Assembly: GCA_029259185.1 (NCBI GenBank)
Contig: JAPDJF010000001.1
Location: forward strand, 1 to 64,000
From: Hadesarchaea archaeon
GTDB taxonomy: Archaea; Hadarchaeota; Hadarchaeia; Hadarchaeales; WYZ-LMO6
DNA: 64,000 nt
Direction: 5' to 3'
The notes under the pieces were generated by a model. It saw nothing but the letters and a program-made list of their open reading frames with translations, ran no database searches and was not told where the DNA came from. Each line of letters begins with the position of its first letter. Within the stretch, counting starts at the first letter, position 1. Made by a program: the position numbers and the translations under genes. Shown piece by piece: positions 49,388-59,115 of this stretch.

Positions 49388-49976
49388 TGCTTTGCACAAA
49401 AATACCGGAAAACTTAAAATGGTTCCGACAGACCACGTTCGATGTTGGCCTCCAAGACGATAAGAGCTGAACTCTACGGCCTCACCCGGTTCAAGCGCAA
49501 GCTTCTGGAGGACCTCCAAGCCGAGTGGGATCGCGCCCAAGCCCCTTGAGAGGCCGGACTCTGAGAGAGCAAACGAGGCTGCCCTCCTACTACTGCCGTG
49601 CTTTAGCCTGGAAGGCTGGCGATGGGCGGAAGGCTCCCATCCTCATCGATAAGGACTCATTCAAGCTCACCGACACCGGAAACAGTTCGCCAGGTTTTTC
49701 GTATCCGTTTCAACCCCCGGCGGGTGTACGCCGGCGAGGCATACACCAGCAAATGTGCCACTGGAAACGAAGGACGAAGGGTCTCTCAAGGCTTCTTCAA
49801 ATGCTCGTCGTGTGGGCTGGAGTACAACGCCGACCTCAACGGAGCCATAAATATTGGAGAGGGGTTCCTGGGCCACTGGCTCAGGGACGAAGGCGTGGGG
49901 CTTTCGGCCCTTAGGGGATCCCGAGCCCCCAAGCACGGAAATTGGCCTCAGGGGCTAATTTTTTTTGTGCAGAGCC
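49388..49976 (+). mobile_element. Internally deleted copy of the TIR-bounded tnpB element (589 bp)
   Basis: Near-identical ends to 38407-39561; direct repeat AGAGACCTC at 49379-49387 and 49977-49985; tnpB frameshifted and deleted. Confidence 0.9.
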
Positions 49977-49990
49977 AGAGACCTCTCAGG

Positions 49991-51538
49991 TCACTCCCAC
50001 TCTATGGTAGCTGGAGGCTTGTGGGTGATGTCGTATACCACCCGGCTTACTTGGGGGATCTCGTTAGTGATTCTCGTGGAGATCCTCTCCATAAGGTCAT
50101 GGGGTAATTTTGCATAGCTCGCCGTCATTCCATCCACACTCTCAACCGCTCTTATGGCTACTGTGTATCCGTACGCTCTCGCATCCCCTTTCACACCCGT
50201 GGATTTCGTGTCCAAGAGAACCGCGAAATATTGCCAGAGGGATCCCTTAACTTCATGCTTTTCGATTTCCTCCCTCACTATTGCATCCACCCTCTTGAGT
50301 ATCTCGATCTTCTCCTTAGTCACCTCACCGATTATCCTTATGGCCAATCCAGGGCCGGGAAAAGGCTGTCTGTTCACTATACTTTCGGGTATTCCAAGGG
50401 ATCGGGCTATTTTCCTGACCTCGTCCTTGTATAACTCTCTCAAGGGTTCCACCACCCCCTTGAACTTGATTTCGGTCGGGAGACCACCCACGTTGTGATG
50501 GGTTTTTATCTTCTCGGAGTGTTTCGAAGCCCCTGACTCTATCCTGTCCGGATAGATCGTTCCTTGGATGAGGTATTCCGCCTCGCTCTCTTCTGCTACT
50601 TTCTCGAACACATGGATGAATTCTTCCCCGATGATCTTCCTCTTAAGCTCGGGATCGCTTACCCCCCTGAGCTTTTCCATAAACCGTTTTCGTTCGTCTA
50701 AGACGAGGAGATTCATCCCAAGCTCGGTAAAAGTCTTCTTTATACTCTCTGGTTCCCCCTCCCTCATGAATCCGTGGTCAACGAAGACGGCTGTCAAATT
50801 TCTCCCCACGGCCTTAGCGGCTAGCACAGCAGCTGTGCTTGAGTCTATTCCACCACTCAGGGCGATGATACATTTCGAGTTTCCAACCTTTTCCCTGATC
50901 TCCTCAACGCACTTTTTCACGAAGTTTTCGGGTGTCCAGTTCGGAACACATCCACATATCTCGAAAAGGAAGTTCCTCAGCAACATCTTTCCTCTGGGTG
51001 TGTGGACGACCTCGGGGTGCCACTGGACTCCATAGAGGGGTTTGTGTCTGTGGCGGAACGCAGCTACTGGGCAATTTTCGGTGTGTGCGAGTATCTCAAA
51101 CTCTTCGGGCATTTCGTACACGGTGTCTCCATGGCTTGTCCAAACTCTCTCGACCTTTTGGTGTCCTTTCAGCAAGGTGTCGGTTACATCCACATAGACT
51201 TCGGTGATACCGTATTCCATTTTGTCTCCCTTCCTCACATCACCCCCCATGTAATGGGCTACCAGCTGGTGACCATAGCATATCCCCAAGATGGGCAACC
51301 CCATCTCGAGTATTTCCTTCCGGCATCGGGGAGCCCCTTTCTCATAGATGCTGGAGGGCCCTCCCGAGAGGATGATCCCTTTCACCGAGTATTCATCATC
51401 AAAAGATCGAATCTCCTCGGGCGTGATATCCGGAGGGACGATCTCGGCATACACCTCCTCTTCCCTGATTCTCCGTTTGATCAAGTGGCAGTACTGCCCG
51501 CCGAAGTTCAAGACAAGCACGACATCAGTTTTCATCAA
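49991..51538 (-). CDS. guaA: GMP synthase, fused glutaminase + ATPPase
   Basis: FGGQY, GICYGHQ, QWHPE, SGGIDS, IKTHHNV, KPPATIEWE. Confidence 0.97.
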   Translation of the reverse strand: MMKTDVVLVLNFGGQYCHLIKRRIREEEVYAEIVPPDITPEEIRSFDDEYSVKGIILSGGPSSIYEKGAPRCRKEILEMGLPILGICYGHQLVAHYMGGDVRKGDKMEYGITEVYVDVTDTLLKGHQKVERVWTSHGDTVYEMPEEFEILAHTENCPVAAFRHRHKPLYGVQWHPEVVHTPRGKMLLRNFLFEICGCVPNWTPENFVKKCVEEIREKVGNSKCIIALSGGIDSSTAAVLAAKAVGRNLTAVFVDHGFMREGEPESIKKTFTELGMNLLVLDERKRFMEKLRGVSDPELKRKIIGEEFIHVFEKVAEESEAEYLIQGTIYPDRIESGASKHSEKIKTHHNVGGLPTEIKFKGVVEPLRELYKDEVRKIARSLGIPESIVNRQPFPGPGLAIRIIGEVTKEKIEILKRVDAIVREEIEKHEVKGSLWQYFAVLLDTKSTGVKGDARAYGYTVAIRAVESVDGMTASYAKLPHDLMERISTRITNEIPQVSRVVYDITHKPPATIEWE

Positions 51539-51615
51539 TTTCGATTATCGTCTGGGCTTAAAACTTCCCTCGCAAGGTTTTTGGTCCTCGGGTTGAAGTT
51601 TTAGGAACTTTTAAC

Positions 51616-52477
51616 TCCACCGCCGGGGAGTCCCCTTCCGCAAGGGGGGGAATGAGAGGTGGAACGATATATAGTTTGTAGTAATCTATTGCGATGACGA
51701 AATACATCATCACGGTTGAAGATAGGTTGGGGGGAGGAATTCAAGCGGACCATAACGAAGGACAAGACCATCAATGAAGCAATGGAGCTGATAAAGAAAA
51801 AAGTGGGGCAGGGGCGTGCTTAGCCACAGGTTCTGCTTGTATCCTTCAAAGACAGCCGAGCGCGCTCTGAATCGACACATGGCACTTTGCAGGTGGCTCT
51901 ACAACCGCCTGCTCTCGGAGCTGAACTTGGTGAGGGAGAAGGGAATGAGGCTGAGAGACACCCAAGCCTTGATCGTTGACCTGAAAAAGCACGAGAAGCC
52001 TGAACTCAACGAGGTGCACTCAAGAGTTTTACAGATGGTCAGCTCTGGTCGAACGTTCGTGCTCTTGCTTGGCTGAAGCGGAGCGGTAAAAAAATCGAGA
52101 AGTTGTGGTTCAAGGGAAGGGGCTGGTTCAAGACGCTGAACTACAACCAGTCGGGGTTCAAGCTTGAGAGCGGAAAGCTCGCCCTCTCGAAAATCGGGGA
52201 AATCCCCATCAAGCTCCACCGAAAGATTGAGGGAAAAGTGAAGGGGGTTATCTGTCAAGCGCGAACGCTAGGGCAAGTGGCACGCGATATTTCAGGTGGA
52301 GGGGGAATTGGAACCCCTGCCGAAGACGGGCAAGGCGGTCGGGATCGATGTCTGATCAAGCGCTTCCTGAGCCTCAAGAACCCGCGCTTCTACGAGCGAA
52401 CACTTGAACGGATAAGGGTGAGGCAAAAACAGTTGTCTAAGAAGCGGGAGGGTTCAGCCAACAGGAGAAAAGCTCGA
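51616..52477 (+). pseudogene. Degraded IS200/IS605 (IS1341-type) tnpB element with a frameshifted small upstream ORF (~51694)
   Basis: FCLYP..CRWLYN, YNQSGFKL..LSKIG.I.IKLHR, KNPRF..QKQLSKK.GS.NR.KAR in broken frames; end hairpin CCCCTTCCGCAAGGGGGG. Confidence 0.8.
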
Positions 52478-52500
52478 TCTTCTCAACTTTTTTGGGGAAG

Positions 52501-52560
52501 GCCTCAGTCCGCCCATCATCAAATCATCGCTGGGCTCAAAGGTACCGTGACATCATCGGC
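52501..52560 (-). ncRNA. Candidate C/D box sRNA
   Basis: GCC-GATGATG..TTGA..GATGATT..CTGA-GGC: C, D', C' and D boxes with a terminal stem. Confidence 0.6.
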
Positions 52561-52597
52561 GAATGATTTTTGTCTTGGATCCATAAATCCTTGTCGG

Positions 52598-52969
52598 CTA
52601 CACCACTTCGAGGAGAAGCTTCTCTTCATTTGGAGCGTATACGGCTATGTTGGTTTCTCCGTATGGATATGCGACGATCATGAGCAATCGTCCGAATGTG
52701 TAGTTCATATCGTGTGCGGAGGGAATCAAGATGCCAGAGGGATGTGAGTGAACGCTCCCCATTATTGAGGGATCCAAGGGAAGTGCATGTAGGGGGAACC
52801 CGGCGAAATCTCTACCCCGGGTGACGAATGGGGGAAAGAGAAATTCAGTTAATTCGACCACCCCTCTCTTCGATTTTCCCCGCAGGAGGAGAAGCATTTC
52901 TTTTGGGTGCATATCCCCGGCATTTTTTAGGATGAGACTCAGTAGCTCTCTGTCGATTCGGACTCTCAC
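52598..52969 (-). CDS. JAB/MPN (Mov34) domain metalloprotein
   Basis: HPKE, GSVHSHPSG...PS..D, IVAYPY. Confidence 0.9.
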   Translation of the reverse strand: MRVRIDRELLSLILKNAGDMHPKEMLLLLRGKSKRGVVELTEFLFPPFVTRGRDFAGFPLHALPLDPSIMGSVHSHPSGILIPSAHDMNYTFGRLLMIVAYPYGETNIAVYAPNEEKLLLEVV

Positions 52970-53069
52970 ATCTCTGTTTTGTTGGGATCGTTTTTTAACT
53001 TCGGTACTTCTGGTGCTTGGTGCCGAAGTGTTTATTTTTGTTTGATCCCTTATTTTTTATGGTGAAACG

Positions 53070-53678
53070 ATGTGGGATTTCTGGGAGGATTGGTTCAGGA
53101 GATGGCGACGGAATTTCTTTAGAGATGTCTTCAGGGATTTCAGGGAGATGAACAGGGAGTTTGAAGAGATGTTTGCCCGGATGTTCAGGGAGTTACCGAG
53201 AGAGTTTCTCCGAGAGTCGAAACTCCCCGATGGAAGCATCGTCAAGACGTGGGGTCCTGTGGTCTACGGGTACTCCATGACGGTCGGGCCTGATGGTAAA
53301 CCGTCCGTGAAGGTATTCGGTAATGTGAGTCCAGAACTTGGCCTGCCTAACGTAGAGATGAAACGCGAGCCACTGGTCGAGTGCATTCCTGGTCCGAAGC
53401 ACGTGAGGGTGATAGTCGAACTTCCCGGGGTGAGTAAATCCGATATCGATCTCAAAGCGGAGGAGAATAGGGTTGTGGTTTCTGCCGAGAGGGGGGATTG
53501 GAAGTACTACAAAGAGATCGAGCTTCCTTGCAAGGTAGATCCTAAGTCCGCGGACGCGAGTTACACCAACGGGATCCTAGAGGTGATATTCCGAAGGCAA
53601 GAGAAACCTGAACCCAAAGAGAAAATCGAGATAAAGGGGCCAGAGGAGAGGAAAGAAGAAAAGAAGGAAAAGAAGTGA
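53070..53678 (+). CDS. hsp20: Small heat shock protein Hsp20 (archaeal)
   Basis: GPVVYGYSMTVGPDGKP, REPL, ELPGV.K, YYKEIELP, NGILEV. Confidence 0.93.
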   Translation: MWDFWEDWFRRWRRNFFRDVFRDFREMNREFEEMFARMFRELPREFLRESKLPDGSIVKTWGPVVYGYSMTVGPDGKPSVKVFGNVSPELGLPNVEMKREPLVECIPGPKHVRVIVELPGVSKSDIDLKAEENRVVVSAERGDWKYYKEIELPCKVDPKSADASYTNGILEVIFRRQEKPEPKEKIEIKGPEERKEEKKEKK

Positions 53679-53844
53679 ACTCCTTTCTTATCTTTTTTTA
53701 AGCTCATTGGATAATGTTGACGTTAGAAGTCGAGGTATGCGTACAGCCATATTTTGTCCCCCATTAGATCTAAGAATGTTCAGAAACGATCTTGATAGGT
53801 TCCCGAGAAATCGAATTTATAATTTGAGGCACAAAAGGTATTGG

Positions 53845-53953
53845 GCCCCGGTGGTGTAGACCGGTCAAGGAGGAAGCTCCGCCGAAATCATACAGCCCTT
53901 TCGAGCAACGAGGACAGGCTGTGACGTGGGTTCAAATCCCGCCCGGGGCACCA
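53845..53953 (+). tRNA. tRNA-Glu(UUC) with two introns (D-loop 53868-53886; anticodon loop 53904-53915)
   Basis: Removing both introns gives a canonical archaeal tRNA-Glu with CCA; both junctions fold as BHB-like motifs. Confidence 0.88.
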
Positions 53954-54033
53954 CCTCCGAAATACTCGTTTGTGGATCTCGGAAAACACGAACAGGGGAA
54001 GTCAATGTACCAAGAATAATCTAAAGAAACTCA

Positions 54034-54291
54034 GTGATGGAGTTTCCGTGCCACCGTTGTAGAGAACTTATTCTTTCATTCGTGTTCGTCCTCTTATTCC
54101 TGGGTCAGATTACCCCAGTTGGATCACAGGCGCTAACATCGGTTCCAGAGGAGGGAGTGGTGGTGGCTGTTTTTGATCCCACAACCGGAGATATCGTATA
54201 CCTCTTCTCTTTCATGGGTGACTGTGGCCCCAGTTTTGAAATGTATGAACGCATGGGTCTTATCCCCATTGTTATCGAAAACCATCCATGA
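54034..54291 (+). CDS. Hypothetical protein with signal-peptide-like N-terminus (possible remnant)
   Basis: Hydrophobic N-terminal stretch only; followed by ~400 bp without a convincing ORF. Confidence 0.3.
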   Translation: MMEFPCHRCRELILSFVFVLLFLGQITPVGSQALTSVPEEGVVVAVFDPTTGDIVYLFSFMGDCGPSFEMYERMGLIPIVIENHP

Positions 54292-54740
54292 AAAACGAGA
54301 TATGGAGGGATCCAACTAGATTTCTACTTCGATTTTGAAGACGAGCGAGCACATCAAGAACCGCACCATCAGAGGCGAAGACATAGGTTAGGGACAAGTC
54401 ACGAACACGAGATAGCTTTGGGTACAATCCTTCCCAGGAGCCTCAAGCTCAAAGAAAAGTTATTAGCATCGGACGGTGGAGTTTTTCGCCACCTTTTTAC
54501 CTGCGCTACCAAATCCATTAGTTTGGGCGGAGATGGGCTCCAAGTTCGGTGATTACCTCCTTCGGATAGGTTATGTTCTCGAAACCGTCGCGCTCCACGA
54601 AGTAGCGCTTGCACTTTTGCATCGATAGCCCTGTTCACTTCTTCGTCACCTACCAAGTCCAGCCTCCAAGATGAATTGACCAATCTTAAATCACTAATCC
54701 TAGGAAAACCTTAAATCCAGATGAAGTCATTGAGTGATGA

Positions 54741-56066
54741 GTGGAAGACAAAAGTAAAGTTCTGAAAACCGCTGAAACCGAGAAGGTAAAATTCGTCCAG
54801 ATGCAGTTCATGGACATCCTTGGTACAGTGAAAAATGTCACGATACCCGTGAGTAGGCTTGAGAGGGCCTTAGAGGAGGGTGTTTTCTTCGATGGTTCCT
54901 CGATCTTGGGATATGCCACCATCGAAGAATCAGACATGCGCCTCATGCCCGACCCAAAAACTTTCACCATATTGCCTTGGACCGAAGAGGGACTCAAAAC
55001 TGCCCGCATGGTCTGCGACGTTTACGACCATGAAAACAATAGGTTCGAAGGGGATCCTAGATACGCTATACAGAGGATCTTGGGCAAAGCTAGAGAGATG
55101 GGGTACATTTTCAACACGGCACCAGAATACGAGTTCTTCTTCCTACTTCTCGATGAGAAAGGGAACCCGACAAACAAACCTTCCGATTCTGGGGGATATT
55201 TCGACCTCATGAAAGATCGTGGAGATGAAATAAGGAAGGAAATTGTTTCCCACTTGAACGCGATGGGTTTTGAGGTAGAGGCCTCACATCATGAAGTGGC
55301 TCCGGGACAGCACGAGATTGACCTCAGGTATGCTGACGCGCTGACCTCTGCAGACAGGGTAGCGATGATGAAATACGTGGCCAAGGTCATCGCTTACAAA
55401 CACCAACTCTTTGCCACCTTTATGCCAAAACCTATATACGGGGTCAACGGTTCAGGCATGCACACCCATATGTCGCTTATAACCCCGGACGGAAGGAATG
55501 TGTTTTACGATCCGAATGGCAAATACCAACTCAGCGATCTCGCCCTGTACTTCATAGGCGGGCTGCTGAAGTACGCTAAAGAGATCTGTGCAATCCTAGC
55601 ATCATCCGTCAACTCTTACAAGAGACTCGTGCCCGGCTACGAAGCCCCAGTATATATCTCCTGGGCGAACAGGAACAGGAGTGCCTACATAAGGGTACCC
55701 TCGGGAAGAGGCATGAGAACCAGAATAGAACTACGCAGTCCTGACCCGGCGGGGAATCCCTATCTCCAATTCACGGTCATGCTGGCTGCTGGTTTGAAAG
55801 GGATTAAAGACAAGATTTCACCTCCTGATCCCGTCGAGAAAAACATTTTCCGCATAAACGCTGAAGAGAAGAAAGCTCTGGGAATCGAATCGCTACCGAG
55901 AAACTTGGGAGAAGCGCTGGAATACATGGAAAAAAGTAGCCTAGTGAAGGAGGCTCTGGGAACCCACCTCTTCGAGCACTTCCTTTACATCAAGGGACAG
56001 GAGTGGGACACTTATAGGGCTCAGGTGAGCGACTGGGAAGTCAAAAACCTCCTGCCTTCCCTTTAA
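54741..56066 (+). CDS. glnA: Glutamine synthetase type I
   Basis: FDGSS, HHEVAPGQHE, TFMPKP, NGSGMH, NSYKRLVPGYEAP, RIELRSPD. Confidence 0.97.
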   Translation: MEDKSKVLKTAETEKVKFVQMQFMDILGTVKNVTIPVSRLERALEEGVFFDGSSILGYATIEESDMRLMPDPKTFTILPWTEEGLKTARMVCDVYDHENNRFEGDPRYAIQRILGKAREMGYIFNTAPEYEFFFLLLDEKGNPTNKPSDSGGYFDLMKDRGDEIRKEIVSHLNAMGFEVEASHHEVAPGQHEIDLRYADALTSADRVAMMKYVAKVIAYKHQLFATFMPKPIYGVNGSGMHTHMSLITPDGRNVFYDPNGKYQLSDLALYFIGGLLKYAKEICAILASSVNSYKRLVPGYEAPVYISWANRNRSAYIRVPSGRGMRTRIELRSPDPAGNPYLQFTVMLAAGLKGIKDKISPPDPVEKNIFRINAEEKKALGIESLPRNLGEALEYMEKSSLVKEALGTHLFEHFLYIKGQEWDTYRAQVSDWEVKNLLPSL

Positions 56067-56118
56067 ATTCATCAAAGCTCAATAATCTTGAGGAGAACCC
56101 CTCCGAACATGAATAGAC

Positions 56119-56682
56119 ATGAAAAAGAAAGTTTCGAACGAGGATGTTTATAGGTTGCTTCACCCCAGACAGGTTGTTCTCGTGACAAGCATCGGTGAAT
56201 CAGGGGAACCGAACATCATGCCCGTTGCTTGGTCTACCCCCCTATCTTTCAGCCCTCCCTTGGTCGGGGTCTCGGTGGGATTTCAGCGATATTCTCACAA
56301 GCTCATCATCGAGAGTGGTGAGTTTGTGATCAACATCCCCGGGGTCGAGCTTGCTTTGAAGGTGCAGGAGTGCGGTAGGGTTTCAGGAAGAACCCATGCC
56401 AAATTCGAGGAGGTGGGCCTCACCCCGAAACCTTCCAAGAAGTTGAAGACTCCGATCGTAGAAGAGTGTTTAGCCCACTTGGAATGTAAACTCTTCAAGT
56501 CGTTGGAAGTTGGGGACCATACCTTCTTCGTCGGTCGGGTGGTGGAAGCATACGCTGACGAAAAAGTCTTCAAGAGAGGAGTATTCGATCTCAATAAGGC
56601 TAAGATACTTTATCATGTTGGGGGTAGCTCTTTCACCACGTTGAGCGATCGTCTACTGAATGGTGGGGATGTATCCGCTTAA
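56119..56682 (+). CDS. Flavin reductase-like FMN-binding protein
   Basis: PNIMPVAW, GEFVINIP, CG..SG, LEC, GDHTFFVG. Confidence 0.9.
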   Translation: MKKKVSNEDVYRLLHPRQVVLVTSIGESGEPNIMPVAWSTPLSFSPPLVGVSVGFQRYSHKLIIESGEFVINIPGVELALKVQECGRVSGRTHAKFEEVGLTPKPSKKLKTPIVEECLAHLECKLFKSLEVGDHTFFVGRVVEAYADEKVFKRGVFDLNKAKILYHVGGSSFTTLSDRLLNGGDVSA

Positions 56683-56812
56683 AGCCCGAGACTTGTGAAC
56701 AGTTCGATCCGTCATCCCCTCCAACCTATGGGTGGTTCCACTTTGGCCCTTGGCCCGAAGGTTTTAAATGTGGAACAGAGGGAAAAATAGCAAAGGTGGG
56801 AGTTTGCAGAGG

Positions 56813-57199
56813 ATGCCCGTAGTCGTGCAAGAAGTATTGAATAACCCGGGAAGATTGTTGGGGATTGCCGGGATCCTGTTGTTTGTGGGTTCTCTAGGTT
56901 CCTGGTATTCGGGTCCCACCACAAGTGGCTGGGATGCCGGGATAGGTAAGATCAGCTTCTTCATTTCGCTGATTTTCTTAGCGACGGCGGCTACTCATCT
57001 CGGGTACATCCGTCACCCAATCGCCCACCCACTCCTGCCCATGCTCAGCATTTCCTCGATTTGCGGATTCATAGCGCTGATAACTTGTCTCGTGGGGTTT
57101 GACTTGCGCCCGAATTATTCTTGGGGACTCCTCCTCAGCACCGTAGGGGCACTGGCTGCGCTTTTCGCGGCTTACAAGGCGTACACGCTCAGGGTTTAG
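56813..57199 (+). CDS. Membrane protein (about 4 TM)
   Basis: Hydrophobic segments; upstream TATA-like TTTTAAAT. Confidence 0.65.
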   Translation: MPVVVQEVLNNPGRLLGIAGILLFVGSLGSWYSGPTTSGWDAGIGKISFFISLIFLATAATHLGYIRHPIAHPLLPMLSISSICGFIALITCLVGFDLRPNYSWGLLLSTVGALAALFAAYKAYTLRV

Positions 57200-57235
57200 T
57201 CTTCTTTGGGATGAGTGGGGGAGAGGAAAAGCGAA

Positions 57236-57448
57236 ATGTCGGTCTGTCCAGTCTGTGGAAAACCGCTTGAAGCGAGAAAAGTGAAGTGTTTCGGTTGTGC
57301 CGTTGAGCTCCACAGGGAGTGTGCTAAAAAAACAATGGGTAAGTTCTATTGCAGGCGGTGTTACAGGGAGGGGAAAAGGCGCGCGCGGTTAGAACGGATG
57401 CGGCAGTGGGGGGGTATGGGCAAAAAAGTCCCGCACAAGCTCTGGTAG
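57236..57448 (+). CDS. Small Cys-rich zinc-finger protein
   Basis: CPVC..CFGC..H.EC..CRRC. Confidence 0.65.
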   Translation: MSVCPVCGKPLEARKVKCFGCAVELHRECAKKTMGKFYCRRCYREGKRRARLERMRQWGGMGKKVPHKLW

Positions 57449-57517
57449 GATCCCTCATCCCCGGTCGCGCATGATGGTTAGGTTGAATAAAGGGTCGAAA
57501 TCGAGTATAATTATGGT

Positions 57518-57602
57518 GCGAGGGTGGCCGAGCCAGGTCAAAGGCGTAAGCCTTAGGAGCTTATCCCGTAGGGGTTCGAGGGTTCAAATCCCTCCCCTCG
57601 CA
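57518..57602 (+). tRNA. tRNA-Leu(UAG)
   Basis: GCGAGGG acceptor, TAAGC-CT-TAG-GA-GCTTA, variable arm, TTCAAAT. Confidence 0.95.
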
Positions 57603-57731
57603 CTTCCAAGGAGTAAACTGATCCCAGCAGTCGAACGCCAGTCTTTTCGTGAGTCAAGAAGCGTTTCCGCACCCAATTTGACTTAGAAGTGGTTCTTGAG
57701 GATTTTTTATATGGAATAGACAAAAAGACGA

Positions 57732-57908
57732 ATGATGAGGACCGAAGAAATCGTTGCACTCGCCGGTATTCTGCTCATCATGCTCGGCATGGTGGGGGGA
57801 GGGAGCTCGTATCTCCCTTGGTGGGCTATCTCCATCCTCATTGGAGTATTGCTCCTGTTGGTAGCGTTTGTACTTACGCGGATGGCCCCCAGATTCGGTG
57901 TTCCTTGA
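57732..57908 (+). CDS. Small two-TM membrane protein (58 aa)
   Basis: Manual translation MMRTEEIVALAGILLIMLGMV..WWAISILIGVLLLLVAFVL. Confidence 0.55.
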   Translation: MMRTEEIVALAGILLIMLGMVGGGSSYLPWWAISILIGVLLLLVAFVLTRMAPRFGVP

Positions 57909-57920
57909 GGAGCGACTTGG

Positions 57921-58715
57921 ATGAGGGCGGAAATAGGGATAATAGGGGGAACGGGAGTTTACGAGTTCGAGGGGATAGCAAATCCAAAATGGAGAGTTGT
58001 CAAAACCCCTTACGGCAAGGTGGAGATCCTTCTCGGCTCAGTCGGCTCTCGAAGTGTGGGGTTTCTCTCCAGACATGGGAGAACTCACAAGTTGCCCCCC
58101 CACAAGGTGAATTATCGTGCCAATCTGTGGGCACTGTGGTCGATAGGCGTCCAGAGGATCCTCGGAATCACCGCGTGTGGTTCTTTGAATCCAGTGTTGA
58201 AACCAGGGGAACTGGTGCTACCGGATCAGTTTATAGATTTTACGAAGGGTCGGATCCCCAGTTTCTACGAAGGGGGGAGAAAGGGGGTCGTGCATGTGGA
58301 TGTTACGAACCCGTACTGTCCTGAACTGCGCACATTGGTGGCGGGGGTGGCGAGGAGGATGGGATTTCGCGTCCACCGAAAAGCGACCTATGTATGCACC
58401 GAGGGACCAAGATTCGAAACCGCGGCAGAGATAAGAATGTTCAGGAGACTGGGCGGGGATCTCGTCGGGATGACGAATGTCCCGGAATGTGTTCTAGCTC
58501 GGGAGCTGGAGATGTGCTATGCCGTTATTGGTGTGGTCACGAACTTCGCAGCTGGTATTTCCAAGACCAAGCTCACCCACACGGAAGTCGTCGAGCGCAT
58601 GGGGGCGGGAATAAAAAAAATTAAAGGAATAGTTTCGAGTGTTATACCAGAAGTTCCCAGGGAACGGTCATGTCCGTGTCGGAGAGCTTTAGAAGGGGCC
58701 GTGGTAAAGCCATAG
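57921..58715 (+). CDS. mtnP: Methylthioadenosine phosphorylase
   Basis: IGIIGGTG, TPYG, RHG..H..PP..VNYRAN, EGPRFET.AE, VGMT..PE. Confidence 0.94.
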   Translation: MRAEIGIIGGTGVYEFEGIANPKWRVVKTPYGKVEILLGSVGSRSVGFLSRHGRTHKLPPHKVNYRANLWALWSIGVQRILGITACGSLNPVLKPGELVLPDQFIDFTKGRIPSFYEGGRKGVVHVDVTNPYCPELRTLVAGVARRMGFRVHRKATYVCTEGPRFETAAEIRMFRRLGGDLVGMTNVPECVLARELEMCYAVIGVVTNFAAGISKTKLTHTEVVERMGAGIKKIKGIVSSVIPEVPRERSCPCRRALEGAVVKP

Positions 58716-58766
58716 CTCTCTCCCCGTGAGCATTTCCCCTTCCGTTCGGGTGCGGGTCTCTCATCT

Positions 58767-59018
58767 TCATTCCTCAAACATATCTTCGTAAAACTCGATA
58801 GGTTCCAGCTCGTATTCTTGTTGGATCAGTTTTCTCTTCTTCTTTTCAGATTTTGTTATGATTGGGATCTCTTTCGGTTCCCCCCCTTTCTCCCTTATTT
58901 TGTAGGCCTCCCTACTCCGGACGTTGATCTTGTACCCGCATCGCTTGCACATCAATCTGGTAGCTCTCTTCACTTTTTCCGGATACAGGATACTCCCACA
59001 CTTAGGACAAAACTCCAT
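58767..59018 (-). CDS. TFS/RpoM paralog with only the N-terminal zinc ribbon
   Basis: MEFCPKCGSILYP..CKRCGY; acidic tail; no QxRSADE ribbon. Confidence 0.75.
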   Translation of the reverse strand: MEFCPKCGSILYPEKVKRATRLMCKRCGYKINVRSREAYKIREKGGEPKEIPIITKSEKKKRKLIQQEYELEPIEFYEDMFEE

Positions 59019-59115
59019 GTTCTCGCTGTGAGTTGTTAAAGGCAGAGGAGACTTATAAGTGTATCGATTGATTTTGGATTTTTTAGCACCTCGTCCACGT
59101 TTGGAGGCCACGTTT

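Noticed and set aside
57689-58324. 211-aa + strand ORF
   Set aside because: Out-of-frame overlap with mtnP and the small membrane ORF; composition is not protein-like
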